DNA of 64,000 nucleotides from Flavobacteriales bacterium (GTDB lineage: Bacteria > Bacteroidota > Bacteroidia > Palsa-965). The first letter of the stretch is position 1; each line of letters starts with the position of its first letter. The notes under the pieces were generated by a model that was given only the letters and a program-made list of their open reading frames with translations, searched no databases and was not told the DNA's origin. This document shows, piece by piece, positions 1 through 10,063 of the stretch. A program made the position numbers and the translations under genes. Where the stretch lies: assembly GCA_040377305.1 (NCBI GenBank), contig JBEIPA010000012.1, forward strand, positions 1-64,000. The letters run 5' to 3'.

Positions 1-135
1 AAACCCGGGTGGTGGTTGTCGCCCCCCCCCCCCCCCGCCTGGGGCGGCCCTACCCCCACACCCCCCCCCCCCCCCCCCCCCCCCCCCCTTTTTTTGCCCC
101 CCCCACCGGGCCCCCAAAAAAACGGGCGGGGGGGA
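1..135. other. Low-complexity poly-C/poly-G tract, probably a sequencing or assembly artefact at a contig edge
   Basis: Long homopolymer C and G runs unlike the rest of the window. Confidence 0.7.
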
Positions 136-223
136 GACTCCCTGTAGGTTACTTGTTAGGAATATGCGACGCCACAGCGTCGTTTGTGTAGCATTCACAG
201 TATTGACCCTTGTATTTTACTGT

Positions 224-691
224 CTAATCATCAATCGGGTCTTCGAATAAATAGTCCGGGTTGAATTCCACTTTATACTCCTCAAGGAATTTCAAGTATT
301 CTTCACGAAACGAAACTGAGCGATGATGCTCTTTTTGATTCATGACGTAGTTTGCAATCATTTTTACCTGGTCTTCGTGATAAGAGAATGCGCCATAACC
401 TTCTTGCCACTGAAATCTTCCTTTTACAAAGTTCTTTGCTTTTATAAATTCTGTAGAAGACTTTTTTACTTCCCGAACCAGATCCGAGAGTCCTTCAGTT
501 GGCCGATATCCAATGAAAATGTGAATATGATCAGGCATCCCGTTAATCGCAAGTAATTTGTGTCCACGCTTTTCAATAATTCCGGTAATGTATTTGAACA
601 GTTCATCTTCCCAGGAAGAACTGATTAAACCCTGTCTGTACTTTACACCGAATACAATCTGAACCTGAATTTTCACATAAGTGTTTGCCAT
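224..691 (-). mobile_element. tnpA: IS200/IS605-family Y1 HUH transposase
   Basis: 155 aa; DHIHI HUH motif, WQEGYGAFS and the YVMNQKEHH catalytic Tyr motif; small hairpin cgacgc-caca-gcgtcg at 167-182 downstream. Confidence 0.9.
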
Positions 692-753
692 TTGAGAGTG
701 GTTTAGGTGCTAATCTATTAAAAGTTTATATGGGCTCTCAGCCAATACACAAC

Positions 754-780
754 AAAAAATCCCGGCTCTCACCGGGATTT
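754..780 (-). terminator. Intrinsic terminator of osmC
   Basis: aaatcccgg/ccgggattt stem followed by a T-run on the minus strand. Confidence 0.7.
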
Positions 781-802
781 CAGGATTTTATAATACAATC
801 AA

Positions 803-1228
803 TTACGCCTGTGCAAGCGTTGCGTTATGCGTGATAGTAGTTGAAGATAGTGTCTGTGAAATCGGGCAGGTCTTAGCTGCTGTTTCAACACACTCTTCGA
901 ATTTCGCACTGTCAATGTTTGGAACTTTTGCAGTAACCGTCAGGTTGGAAGCTTCGATCAAACCTTTTTCACGGTTCAATGTTACTTCGCATTGTGTGTC
1001 GATAGAATCGGGAGTAAATCCTGCTGCTCCAAGTACGAAAGTAAGTTTCATCGTGAAGCATCCTGCGTGGGCTGCTGCGATAAGCTCTTCCGGATTTGTT
1101 CCAACACCTTCTTCAAAGCGGGTTGAGAACGAATATTGAGCTTGGTTAAGGACTGTTGATTGAGTAGATACATGGCCTTTTCCTTCTTTGCCTGATCCTT
1201 CCCAGTGTGCTGATGCTTTACGTTTCAT
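803..1228 (-). CDS. osmC: OsmC family peroxiredoxin
   Basis: RFEEGVGTNPEELIAAAHAGCF and CPIS motifs. Confidence 0.92.
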   Translation of the reverse strand: MKRKASAHWEGSGKEGKGHVSTQSTVLNQAQYSFSTRFEEGVGTNPEELIAAAHAGCFTMKLTFVLGAAGFTPDSIDTQCEVTLNREKGLIEASNLTVTAKVPNIDSAKFEECVETAAKTCPISQTLSSTTITHNATLAQA

Positions 1229-1342
1229 AATAATTTTGGTTTTAAGAATTCGGTATTATGGAACCGCTCCGAATAAACCTTTGGAAAAACGGTTTCATAG
1301 TGTGTGTAATTAAGTGGTACTAAGTTAATGCGAATAGCGACT

Positions 1343-1783
1343 TTATTGCATTTTTTTGCTGTTAAGTCCCAGTATTAGTAAAAGGAATGTAGACAATGAA
1401 AGGGATAAAGTTCCGCTATACGTGGTATTCATTATAACAACCACTGTTACCAGAAACATCAGTATGAGAATATACAATCCCCATAGCTGCATTTTCCAAA
1501 TACCAATATATGCAACAAGGTTGGCAGCGGCACCGACAACGAGAAATAGAATATCCCAGGTAACAACTTCTACACGCACAAACTGAACTAAGCCGACCAT
1601 CAAAGAAATCGTCGAGCCAATTAGTCCGAGAATGCAAATAACAGTCACGATTAACGGACGAACTGCAGGTTCTTTTGGCTGTGGAGGGGGTGCTGCGCTA
1701 TACGCAAACATTTCACCTCCAGAATAGTTTGTGGTCGAAAAATATTGTGTTTTTGTTTCTTCGTTGTCGTCCGGGTGTTCCAT
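1343..1783 (-). CDS. Membrane protein, about 4 TM segments
   Basis: Hydrophobic segments after a Pro-rich N-terminus. Confidence 0.65.
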   Translation of the reverse strand: MEHPDDNEETKTQYFSTTNYSGGEMFAYSAAPPPQPKEPAVRPLIVTVICILGLIGSTISLMVGLVQFVRVEVVTWDILFLVVGAAANLVAYIGIWKMQLWGLYILILMFLVTVVVIMNTTYSGTLSLSLSTFLLLILGLNSKKMQ

Positions 1784-1999
1784 TTCTATACAGTCAAGTC
1801 ACGATGCCTATGTCCAATCGCTATTCTGCAAAGTTACGTACAACTTTTTATACGGTGATTTCGATCGTGCAAATGTCGCCGACTTGTTCTGAATCCCCTT
1901 TCCATCCGACGGATATTTGATTAATAATTAAGAGACCCTCATCAGAGGGAAAACGGGAGAAATAAGGAGTTCATGCATGATTGGGTCATGATTGAGCAC

Positions 2000-2040
2000 A
2001 AAAAAAGGAAATCAGGGTGCTGTGCGCGACCCTGATTTCC
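2000..2040 (-). terminator. Intrinsic terminator
   Basis: 12-bp stem ggaaatcagggt/accctgatttcc with a T-run on the minus strand, downstream of the CsbD-like gene. Confidence 0.8.
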
Positions 2041-2061
2041 TCATTTGGATATGTTGCTGTT

Positions 2062-2292
2062 TTACTCCTTTTGACAAGCTTTGAGCAGATTAATCACCTC
2101 GTCCCGGGTTTTCTTAAGACGTTGCTCAAGACGTGCAATTAACTCGTTCTCTTTTCCTGCTTCAAAAGTTAAGTCTTCATCGGTCAGATCAACGTATTTT
2201 AATTGCAGTTCCTTCGTTTGATTCGACCAGTTGCCGAACAGCTTTGGAGTGGTTTCGTTCCTACGTGTCATATTGAGCAGTGTGATGTTCAT
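2062..2292 (-). CDS. CsbD-like general stress protein
   Basis: GNW..LTDEDLTFEAGKENELIARLEQRLKKTRDEV pattern. Confidence 0.75.
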   Translation of the reverse strand: MNITLLNMTRRNETTPKLFGNWSNQTKELQLKYVDLTDEDLTFEAGKENELIARLEQRLKKTRDEVINLLKACQKE

Positions 2293-2295
2293 GTA

Positions 2296-2856
2296 TTAAA
2301 AATGGAAGGCTATACCAATCATAGATTGTCCTGTAGACAAGTCAAGGTAGATTCCTACGTTTTCTGATGCATGGAATTCTGTTCCAATGTGACCGTCCAG
2401 GTAAAGCCCGCTTGAGCTATGTGAGATATTGGTTTCCCCGCTGTAACCATCTTCCCAAACTGTTTTACGGATAGCAAAACCAAGTGATGCTGCCAGATAG
2501 AAATCCCAACGAGAGTTGGCTCCGAGCAGTTGGTCAAAGTAATAGGTGCCTTTAACTCCAACAGGAATTACAGTTGTACGGTAATAGTAGTCTCTGTATG
2601 GATGGTTCGGGCTTCCCCAGTGGTGATACTTGCGGTACGAGTACACCGTAATGAATGGCGCAAGTGTGAAGTTTCGTGCAACGTTCAACTCGTAGTCGGC
2701 GTGAACAACGGGCATTGTTTGTCCTACGTAGCCGTAGTAACCAATACCAAGTCCAATGTTCAACGTGTTACCGTATGATTCTCCGGTATTTTCCTGCGCT
2801 TCTGCGACAGTAAACAAGGAGAGACAAAGTGCAATTGTAAGCGTAATATTTTTCAT
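2296..2856 (-). CDS. Outer-membrane beta-barrel protein
   Basis: Signal peptide, alternating beta-strands, C-terminal Phe. Confidence 0.75.
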   Translation of the reverse strand: MKNITLTIALCLSLFTVAEAQENTGESYGNTLNIGLGIGYYGYVGQTMPVVHADYELNVARNFTLAPFITVYSYRKYHHWGSPNHPYRDYYYRTTVIPVGVKGTYYFDQLLGANSRWDFYLAASLGFAIRKTVWEDGYSGETNISHSSSGLYLDGHIGTEFHASENVGIYLDLSTGQSMIGIAFHF

Positions 2857-2892
2857 TTGAGGGTAGATTGATTGTGGTTAAAATAGTATTTG

Positions 2893-3537
2893 TTAGATCT
2901 GGAATCCAACTGTGAATTGAATCCATTTGTTCTTGTAGCGTGGAGTAGATGAACTTCCGTCGCCATGGTTCGTCTGGAAATCCCAACCCATGCGACCTGA
3001 TATAACTACTTGTTTGATGATAATGTCGCCACCGGTTACGAAGCCGAGCACATTTTTACGCACGTTGTCGTTATTAAACTCCTGCTCGTGTGCAGTTGTG
3101 TTAGATCCCGACGTGAATGTGTTTTTCTGGTGAATGAGGTAGGAGTACTGCGGTCCTGCAACAACTGTAAAAAATTCAGTGGGCTTAATTTGAAATTGCA
3201 ACGGAATATCAAGATGCGTTGTTGTTTTCGTGTATGAGTATGGAGTTCCGAACATAGTTCCTCCACCTTGAAAACCTTTTTGTGAGACGAGTAGTTCGGG
3301 TTGAATACCCATGAATCGTCCAACCGGAATTCCGAAGTAAACTCCGCCGGCGAAACCAACGCGTGCGTCAGCTTCAAAATCCTCTCCTTGTTCATCCCAT
3401 ACATTGGAATAGTTAATGCCGGCTTTAACGCCGAAGCGGAATTGTTCACGCGGATCATCCGTGTCCTGTGCTATTGTTACTGATGACATTGTGCACGTAA
3501 CAAACAGTGTTGCTATGATTAGATTGAAATGTTTCAT
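2893..3537 (-). CDS. Porin-family / OMP beta-barrel protein
   Basis: Signal peptide; FGVKAGINYS, IQPELL.SQKG, LDIPL and VAGPQ motifs. Confidence 0.8.
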   Translation of the reverse strand: MKHFNLIIATLFVTCTMSSVTIAQDTDDPREQFRFGVKAGINYSNVWDEQGEDFEADARVGFAGGVYFGIPVGRFMGIQPELLVSQKGFQGGGTMFGTPYSYTKTTTHLDIPLQFQIKPTEFFTVVAGPQYSYLIHQKNTFTSGSNTTAHEQEFNNDNVRKNVLGFVTGGDIIIKQVVISGRMGWDFQTNHGDGSSSTPRYKNKWIQFTVGFQI

Positions 3538-3572
3538 GATTGGGTAGTATTAGTCTGTGTATTTCTTTAACG

Positions 3573-3605
3573 CAACAAAGGTGACTCATCTGGTCACCTT
3601 TGTTG
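3573..3605. promoter_or_regulatory. Perfect 13-bp inverted repeat overlapping a -7-like promoter element
   Basis: caacaaaggtgac-N7-gtcacctttgttg; contains CACCTTTG on the minus strand. Confidence 0.5.
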
Positions 3606-3658
3606 TTGCGTAAAAAAAGTGTTTGTTTGTGAGATTCACACTCACCATTTACCTGTGA

Positions 3659-3874
3659 TTACAGACCGGTTTTGTCAATTGTAAATTTTCTAAGCATTGT
3701 CTGAAGTGACTGATAATGCTTCTGAAGTTTGAGTATGTCCGAGACCGAGTTAGGTTCATCTGATTTCGTAACTGGATTAACAGCGAGGTAAGCAGAGAGT
3801 TGGGGGAAATCTTTGTGAATTCTTGTAGTGATTGCTACAATCTTATCATTGATAACTGATTCGCTTTCCATCAA
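3659..3874 (-). CDS. Small hypothetical protein
   Basis: 71-aa ORF co-oriented within the cluster. Confidence 0.55.
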   Translation of the reverse strand: MMESESVINDKIVAITTRIHKDFPQLSAYLAVNPVTKSDEPNSVSDILKLQKHYQSLQTMLRKFTIDKTGL

Positions 3875-3881
3875 CGGGAAT

Positions 3882-4187
3882 TTACAACAGAATGATCAGA
3901 AGCAGGATAATAATGATGAGCGCACCAACCGAAATGTAAATTCCGCCACTGCCATCGCGCAGGCTTGTCTTGATGGTACGGGATTCTTCGCGTAGGTCTT
4001 TTTTCTCCTGGAATGTCATGGTTGACTTATCCATTGTTTCAATTTCGTGTAGCCTTTGAACCTGCAAAACGTTTTCAGAATTCGACGGTAGCACGGTGGT
4101 CGGATTAGCTGTTGCTGCACTTAGTTGATTGGTAGTGACTGAAACGATAACTAAGCTTGCAAAAGTATATAATAGAAATTTTTTCAT
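3882..4187 (-). CDS. Secreted or membrane protein with a C-terminal TM helix; start reassigned to ATG 4187
   Basis: MKKFLL signal peptide; C-terminal GGIYISVGALIIIILLLIILL. Confidence 0.75.
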   Translation of the reverse strand: MKKFLLYTFASLVIVSVTTNQLSAATANPTTVLPSNSENVLQVQRLHEIETMDKSTMTFQEKKDLREESRTIKTSLRDGSGGIYISVGALIIIILLLIILL

Positions 4188-4254
4188 AGTTTGAGTTTTT
4201 TGAATTTGGGTAAACGTATAGAAGTTTTTTTGTTTTGATTTTGGCACTGAAAAA

Positions 4255-4443
4255 TTATGGAGCTGCAATAATAGCAGCCAGTTCTTCTTTCGTTTTGCCA
4301 AGCTTATTCTGGAGTTTCGTAAGTATTTCCTCGCTGTCGATTTTCGCTGACAGGGGCATGTTTGTGGTTAGGAGTACAAACTGTTGTTTCAGCTTTCCTT
4401 TCGTCTCATTCCATTTGCTGTTTGAATCGCTTGGGTTCTTCAT
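4255..4443 (-). CDS. CsbD-like protein, possibly degenerate
   Basis: WNETKGKLKQQF..LT and KLQNKLGKTKEEL. Confidence 0.65.
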   Translation of the reverse strand: MKNPSDSNSKWNETKGKLKQQFVLLTTNMPLSAKIDSEEILTKLQNKLGKTKEELAAIIAAP

Positions 4444-4695
4444 CTTAAATTGTTTTTGTTTTTACTACGTAATCTGTTCTGGTCAATGAGATGTGTGGCA
4501 AAAGTCATTGGCAATGGGAACTTTTTTGGTTGTATGTTGGTTAAAGCAACAGTACCCTACGAATTTCGGGGGATGCGACCCATAGCGTGTTGCGTAACTT
4601 CTTAGATTGCTTGCAAGATTAACTGAAACGCAAGTTGGGTAAAACCAAAAGGAGGAGGGCAATTATCACGCTCCTTTGGATGGTGGTCATCCTGT

Positions 4696-5433
4696 TTAGT
4701 TTCTGACGATAGTGTTGCCAGCCATTGTAACGTTACCGGAACGTGCCAATGCCCGTCCATCCAGTCTGGCACCTGTATTGAAGGTGATTGACTGCATGGC
4801 CATTATCGTGCCTTTGAATACGCTGGTCGTCCCGAATGTTGCCGAGCTTCCAACTTGCCAGAAGATATTTGAGGCGAGGGCACCATTGGCAAGGATGACT
4901 TTACGGCCAGAGGTAACGGTAAGCGAAGACGCAATCTGAATTATGAAGACTGCGTTTGCATCGCCACGTGCATCAAATGTCAAATCTCCTGAGGAAAGCG
5001 ACAAAGATGACGTTGACTTATACAATCCTGGGGTGAGTCTTAGGCCTCCGATATTTCCGGATAGAGTGACCATATCTGTTGCGGTTCGGCCTGCGGCATC
5101 ATTGTAAGCAGCAGTCAGATCAAGTTTTGCCTGATTTGCAATTGCATCATTGATGTGAAGCGTGCCAACGAGAATTCCGGGAGGAAATCCGCCCACAGAT
5201 GTTCCGGGACTCAGGCCCATATCACCTGTAACAGTGGTTGAGCCGGTATTGGTAATAGAAGAACCGGCAAGTATTGCAAGCGATGACGCGCCTGCGAGCG
5301 GAACCGTTGAGTGAACAGTGGTTTGTAGTGTGACTGAATTCGTTCCTGCAGGCGTTGGGTCGTCTTTCTTACAGGCAACGGATAATACAACTGCTGCGAT
5401 TGCCAGAGTTGAAATGAGTTTCGATGTTTTCAT
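4696..5433 (-). CDS. Ice-binding-family (DUF3494) lipoprotein
   Basis: Lipobox SVAC; AILAGSSITNTG, LTPGLYKSTSSL, FIIQI and NIFWQVGSSAT motifs. Confidence 0.9.
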   Translation of the reverse strand: MKTSKLISTLAIAAVVLSVACKKDDPTPAGTNSVTLQTTVHSTVPLAGASSLAILAGSSITNTGSTTVTGDMGLSPGTSVGGFPPGILVGTLHINDAIANQAKLDLTAAYNDAAGRTATDMVTLSGNIGGLRLTPGLYKSTSSLSLSSGDLTFDARGDANAVFIIQIASSLTVTSGRKVILANGALASNIFWQVGSSATFGTTSVFKGTIMAMQSITFNTGARLDGRALARSGNVTMAGNTIVRN

Positions 5434-5560
5434 GTTTTCTTTGTTAAGCAGTATCGGATTTTGCCGGATGTCCGGAGATACTGAAACAAAGATGTGCGTG
5501 ATCCAGCGGTTAAATGTTATGTATAAACATGGTTGACTTACGTAATTAAATCGTCCCTGT

Positions 5561-5995
5561 TCACATACGGTCTACATACCACTTCAGGTTTTTCTCCATC
5601 GCCTGGAATTCGAAAGCGGAGGTGATAATTTTGTCGAGACGAATAAAAGCAGTTTCATTTTTCACCACATAATCGTGTGCTTTATGGTGCATACAATCAA
5701 CGGCAACCTGAATCTGATCCTGTGCGGAAAGTATGATCACCGGAATGCCCGGGTTTACTGCTTTGATTGCAGCCAGCGTTTGCATTCCGTTACGTGCAGT
5801 CGGATCAACATTGTCAAGATGGTAATCCAGAACAATAATATCAGGTAGGGTATGTAATTCTGCCAGACACAATTCTCCGGTAGCAAACAGCCTTATCTTG
5901 TATTCCGGACGTTGTAAAAAATCAATTTCAAGCGAAGCAAGATAAAGTGCATCGTCATCAACAAGAAAAATTGTTCTGCTTTTTGGAGTGTTCAT
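5561..5995 (-). CDS. Single-domain response regulator
   Basis: LVDDD, IVLDY, ILSA and YVVK receiver motifs. Confidence 0.88.
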   Translation of the reverse strand: MNTPKSRTIFLVDDDALYLASLEIDFLQRPEYKIRLFATGELCLAELHTLPDIIVLDYHLDNVDPTARNGMQTLAAIKAVNPGIPVIILSAQDQIQVAVDCMHHKAHDYVVKNETAFIRLDKIITSAFEFQAMEKNLKWYVDRM

Positions 5996-7988
5996 GATTC
6001 ACGGTTTTCATTTGATTGTATTCCTGTTCGAGTTCGCGGCACGCCTGTGCACAGGTACTTTCGAGCTGCACAATCATGGTATGTACTTCTGGTGCGAATA
6101 AAGAATTTCCGGCATAGTGCTGAATGCGTTTCGCCATTTGTTCGTATTCGTTATTCATTCCTACTATTGAAAATGAAGGAATCATTTTGTGTGCAGCAGA
6201 TTGTAAAGCGGTCCAGTTTTCATCCTGGAAACTTTGTTTCAGTTGTTTTATTAAAGGCGGAGTTTGTTCAAGGAATAAACTAATCATTTTCATCGCAAGA
6301 TCTTGTCTGCCTTTGGTACGCTGCATCAAATAATTCAGATTAGTGCAACGATTTATTTTGAGGGATGCAGACAGGCCTTCGTTTGTATTTTTTGGAGCGG
6401 ATTTCTGCGCGTAGCTGACAAGCTTTGCAAGTAGTAAGCGTTCATTAACGGGTTTGGCGATATAGTCATTCATTCCAACTTCCGTACATTTTGCAAGATC
6501 GGCAGTTGTAACATCAGCCGTTAAAGCGATAATAGGTAAGTTCAGCTTTAAGGTATTCCGGATGTACTCGGTTGCTTTGAATCCATCCAATTCCGGCATC
6601 TGCAAATCCATTAAAATGATATCGTACGCTTTGTGCGCAAGTTTCTCAATAGCGATTTTACCATTCTCCGCTATTTCACAAGTGAATCCAAATTCATCAA
6701 GCAATGTTTGCATGAGAAGCTGATTCAGTGCAATGTCTTCCACAACCAACACCGACAAGTTCTTGTTATAAACCTCTGGTGTAGTTGTTTCATCTTCTGG
6801 TACAAGCGTTTCAGTGCTGATAGGAAAATGCAATATGAAACTGAATGTAGAGCCGCGATCGGGTGTGCTTGTAACGCTTACTGTGCCTCCCTGACCTTCG
6901 ACGAGTTGCTTTACGATTGCAAGTCCAAGTCCCGTTCCTCCGTATAAGCGGGAGGTACCACTTGAAGCCTGCTGGAAATTTTCGAAGATGGCTCCGATTT
7001 TATTCGGTTCAATTCCTATACCCGTATCGGCTACTGCAAATTCAATGGTAACTGAATCTGCACTTTGACTGAGGAGTTTGGTGCTAACAATGATAGTTCC
7101 AGCCGATGTAAATTTAGCTGCATTGCTAACGAGATTCAGTACGATTTGATGTAACCGTACAGGATCGCCCATGAGTACAGGGGGAATTCTGTAATCGAAT
7201 TTCTTGATCAACCGAAGATTCTTCTCTTCGATTTTGAGATCGAACAGATGTAACATCGCGGATACGGATTCTGAAATTCTAAAGGGGACATTCTCAAACG
7301 ACATTTTACCGGAATCAACTTTCGCAAGATCCAGAATGTCGTTGATGAGGACTATCAAAGCATCGCCGCTGGTTTTAATTGCGTCGAGGTATTCTTTTTG
7401 CTTAAATGACAACGGAGTTTTGAGAAGCACTTTCGTAAAACCCAGAATTGCATTCATAGGTGTGCGGATTTCATGACTCATATTCGATAGAAACTGCTGT
7501 TTTGATTTTACAGCATCCTCCGCAATATGTTTCGCCTGTTCCGCTTTATCTTTTGCTTCTTCTGCAATTGAAGTTGCCAATTCAGCAAATACTCTGGCTT
7601 CTGTAAGATCGTTTTCTGTCTTTCTCTGCTCAGTGACATCGCGTCCTATTACTACAGCACCTACTACAACGCCGTTTTCGTCTTTGTATGTTGATCCATT
7701 GAATAGAAGTTCGGTACAGTCGGGATTGCAAATAGCGAGCAGATGATGAACAACCGATCCGTTTGAAAATATTTTTCCGTAAACCTCTTTTGCATCTTCT
7801 GGTTCGGTAAAATGTGAATAATAGAAAGTGCCTTGTAATTCCTCACGCGTTTTTTCAGTGATGCGGGTGAACGCTTCATTCATATCGATAATCTTGCCTT
7901 CCGGGCAAATAGTAGCTAAGGGATCGAGTATGGCTTCGATCAGGCAGCGGTCGTATTGAAACTGTTGATTGGCTGGTTTTTGCATCAA
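5958..7988 (-). CDS. PAS hybrid histidine kinase with REC and HPt domains
   Basis: SHEIRTPMN H-box, NAAKF, DTGIG, GGTGLGL, ILMDLQMP and AHKMIPS. Confidence 0.93.
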   Translation of the reverse strand: MMQKPANQQFQYDRCLIEAILDPLATICPEGKIIDMNEAFTRITEKTREELQGTFYYSHFTEPEDAKEVYGKIFSNGSVVHHLLAICNPDCTELLFNGSTYKDENGVVVGAVVIGRDVTEQRKTENDLTEARVFAELATSIAEEAKDKAEQAKHIAEDAVKSKQQFLSNMSHEIRTPMNAILGFTKVLLKTPLSFKQKEYLDAIKTSGDALIVLINDILDLAKVDSGKMSFENVPFRISESVSAMLHLFDLKIEEKNLRLIKKFDYRIPPVLMGDPVRLHQIVLNLVSNAAKFTSAGTIIVSTKLLSQSADSVTIEFAVADTGIGIEPNKIGAIFENFQQASSGTSRLYGGTGLGLAIVKQLVEGQGGTVSVTSTPDRGSTFSFILHFPISTETLVPEDETTTPEVYNKNLSVLVVEDIALNQLLMQTLLDEFGFTCEIAENGKIAIEKLAHKAYDIILMDLQMPELDGFKATEYIRNTLKLNLPIIALTADVTTADLAKCTEVGMNDYIAKPVNERLLLAKLVSYAQKSAPKNTNEGLSASLKINRCTNLNYLMQRTKGRQDLAMKMISLFLEQTPPLIKQLKQSFQDENWTALQSAAHKMIPSFSIVGMNNEYEQMAKRIQHYAGNSLFAPEVHTMIVQLESTCAQACRELEQEYNQMKTVNHEHSKKQNNFSC

Positions 7989-7997
7989 GGTGTTGAA

Positions 7998-8630
7998 CTA
8001 TGTTCCGATTTCTTCAATAGGACGCCGACGTCTTTCCTTCATGTTTTTGAAGTGCGTAGGAGAAAGTCCTGTTACTTTTTTAAATTGATTCGAAAGGTGT
8101 GCGACACTGCTGTAATTCATTTTCCAGGCGATTTCGGTAATGGAAAGTTCGCCGTAGATGATCAGCTCTTTGATACGCTCCACTTTATGTTGAATTACAA
8201 ATTGTTCGATCGTAGACCCTTGAATTTCTGAGAAGAGGTTAGAGAGATACGTGTAATCGTGGTTCAGCTTCTCAGCGAGGTAATCCGAAAAATTTACTTT
8301 CAGTACTTCGTCGCTATGATGCACCATTTCGATAATGGAGACCTTGATTTTTTCAACCAAAACAGCCCGTTTGTCATCCAGAAGTTCGAGACCAGTAGCG
8401 AGCAGTGCGGTGTTGAGTTGTACTCTTTGTTCAGCAGTAAGCTCTTCCATGACTTCAACTTCACCCAGATCAACAATAATAAAATGGAGACCAAGTTGGT
8501 GCAAGGTTTCTTTGACCGAAGCTTTGCAGCGCGAACTGACCATGTATTTGATAAAAAGTTTCAGTGGGAAGTTAGGATTCGTGTGGTGAGTACGTGAAAG
8601 TACCGAATCGCAACCTCGTTCGACTTGCAC
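7998..8630 (-). CDS. AraC-family transcriptional regulator; true start probably near 8564
   Basis: YMVS.RC N-terminus; YSSVAHLSNQFKKVTGLSP HTH; paralog of 10064-10624. Confidence 0.88.
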   Translation of the reverse strand: MQVERGCDSVLSRTHHTNPNFPLKLFIKYMVSSRCKASVKETLHQLGLHFIIVDLGEVEVMEELTAEQRVQLNTALLATGLELLDDKRAVLVEKIKVSIIEMVHHSDEVLKVNFSDYLAEKLNHDYTYLSNLFSEIQGSTIEQFVIQHKVERIKELIIYGELSITEIAWKMNYSSVAHLSNQFKKVTGLSPTHFKNMKERRRRPIEEIGT

Positions 8631-8713
8631 AATGCTCGCTCAATGTTGCACAAATCACAGATTGTTTATCTCTAACTCAAAGAAAACCCTGAAATTCCGA
8701 ACGAAATAGTGAT

Positions 8714-8884
8714 CTAAGCAGGTTCTGCCTTCAATTCTCTTTCGAAGTATACACGCTCTTTGAGTTCAGGCTGATCTTTCACCTGGCAGTAATAAACACG
8801 CTCTACATACCTGCGAATTATAAGTGCTGTTGTTGGAGCTTCCTGCGCGTAAACCAGTGACCCTTCTTTGAATTTGTTCTCCAT
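8714..8884 (-). CDS. Small 56-aa protein not in the ORF track
   Basis: ATG..TAG translating to MENKFKEGSLVYAQEAPTTALIIRRYVERVYYCQVKDQPELKERVYFERELKAEPA; fills the gap after the cupin gene. Confidence 0.7.
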   Translation of the reverse strand: MENKFKEGSLVYAQEAPTTALIIRRYVERVYYCQVKDQPELKERVYFERELKAEPA

Positions 8885-8908
8885 GATACATTGTTTAAGT
8901 AGTTGTGT

Positions 8909-9262
8909 TTATATCACCTTTTCGTAACCGCTCTTGATGGTGAGATGCAAAAGTTTGGTTGGAAGCATTGCCTGTGTCGTATTCCTCGTATGTCCGGGAA
9001 TGATCAGAAATTCATCCGAATTTACATAGAGCGAAGATCCGTCGATGATGGTTTCAAGTTTTCCTTCGATCACGTGAACAAAAAGGTCGAAAGGCGAAAG
9101 CCGGGCATCAATAAACTGATGTGTATCCATTGCGAGCGCGTTGAGTATTCCGGTAGGTTTTTGGATGATGGTCTGCAAATCAACTGATCCCGGAGAGTAA
9201 TGACACACATGATCAAGCTTGTATACAATTCCTTTTTTGAATGGTGAATCCTCGTTTGCCAT
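8909..9262 (-). CDS. Cupin-fold protein
   Basis: FVHVIEGKL..IDG and FLIIPG cupin pattern. Confidence 0.7.
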   Translation of the reverse strand: MANEDSPFKKGIVYKLDHVCHYSPGSVDLQTIIQKPTGILNALAMDTHQFIDARLSPFDLFVHVIEGKLETIIDGSSLYVNSDEFLIIPGHTRNTTQAMLPTKLLHLTIKSGYEKVI

Positions 9263-9334
9263 GATTGCGGTATTTATAGCGTTACACTAACAGTGTTATG
9301 AGCTGCATTTCAGAACCAGAGGTATTGTCCGTTG

Positions 9335-9586
9335 TTACAAGACTGGTGTATCTCCGTTGGATGGAAATATGTTCAGTTTGCTGCTGATTTTTGGTCGGCG
9401 AAATGCGGGTGAGTTAATGTCGTTCTTAGCGTTAAGCAGCCAGTCACTTTTACGGGATAGTGACTTCCGTAAATTATCTAATTGCTTTTCGGCTTTCTTG
9501 CCTTTCATTATTTCCAGTGAACTGAAGAAGTAGGCAATCGCTATCAATAACACTATTCCAACTACACTTAGGATAATCGTTTCCAT
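9335..9586 (-). CDS. Small membrane-anchored protein; start reassigned to ATG 9586
   Basis: METIILSVVGIVLL TM segment; promoter-like motif at 9619-9682. Confidence 0.55.
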   Translation of the reverse strand: METIILSVVGIVLLIAIAYFFSSLEIMKGKKAEKQLDNLRKSLSRKSDWLLNAKNDINSPAFRRPKISSKLNIFPSNGDTPVL

Positions 9587-10063
9587 GACCGACTGTATTT
9601 CACGCTGTAACTCTTGTATAAAGTTCAGTATAGCGTGTGCCGATCGTGTTACAAAGAGAAGAGGGAATGTTACAACTATCACAGTAAATAGAGTCTGACA
9701 TGCGGCCGGACCTTATTACAATAGAGGGGAAAACGTAGCCTAAGTCAAGCGAAACAGATCAGGCATACAACTACAACAAGGTTGCTGCTTACAGAACTGA
9801 AGGATATACGGTGAGATACTGATTGATTTTCAACTCCGAATTAAGGGGCTGCATGCAAGAACGCATGAGTGTTTTTACGGGCAGCAGTTTTACTTTACGA
9901 ACGGGAGCAAGGTTATGAATTTGTTCGTGGGCACAATAGAGAAGGGGAGCGGAAGGTTGCATTTGAAGATGTTTTAAGTGATAATTATCTCGGGTGGCCA
10001 CTACAAATATGACTCAGCGGCACACCGCTTCGCTTACACCATACCACAAGGCTGTTACACATA

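Noticed and set aside
9-191. Pro-rich ORF and G-quadruplex-like tract
   Set aside because: Translation of homopolymer runs at the window edge; most likely an artefact.
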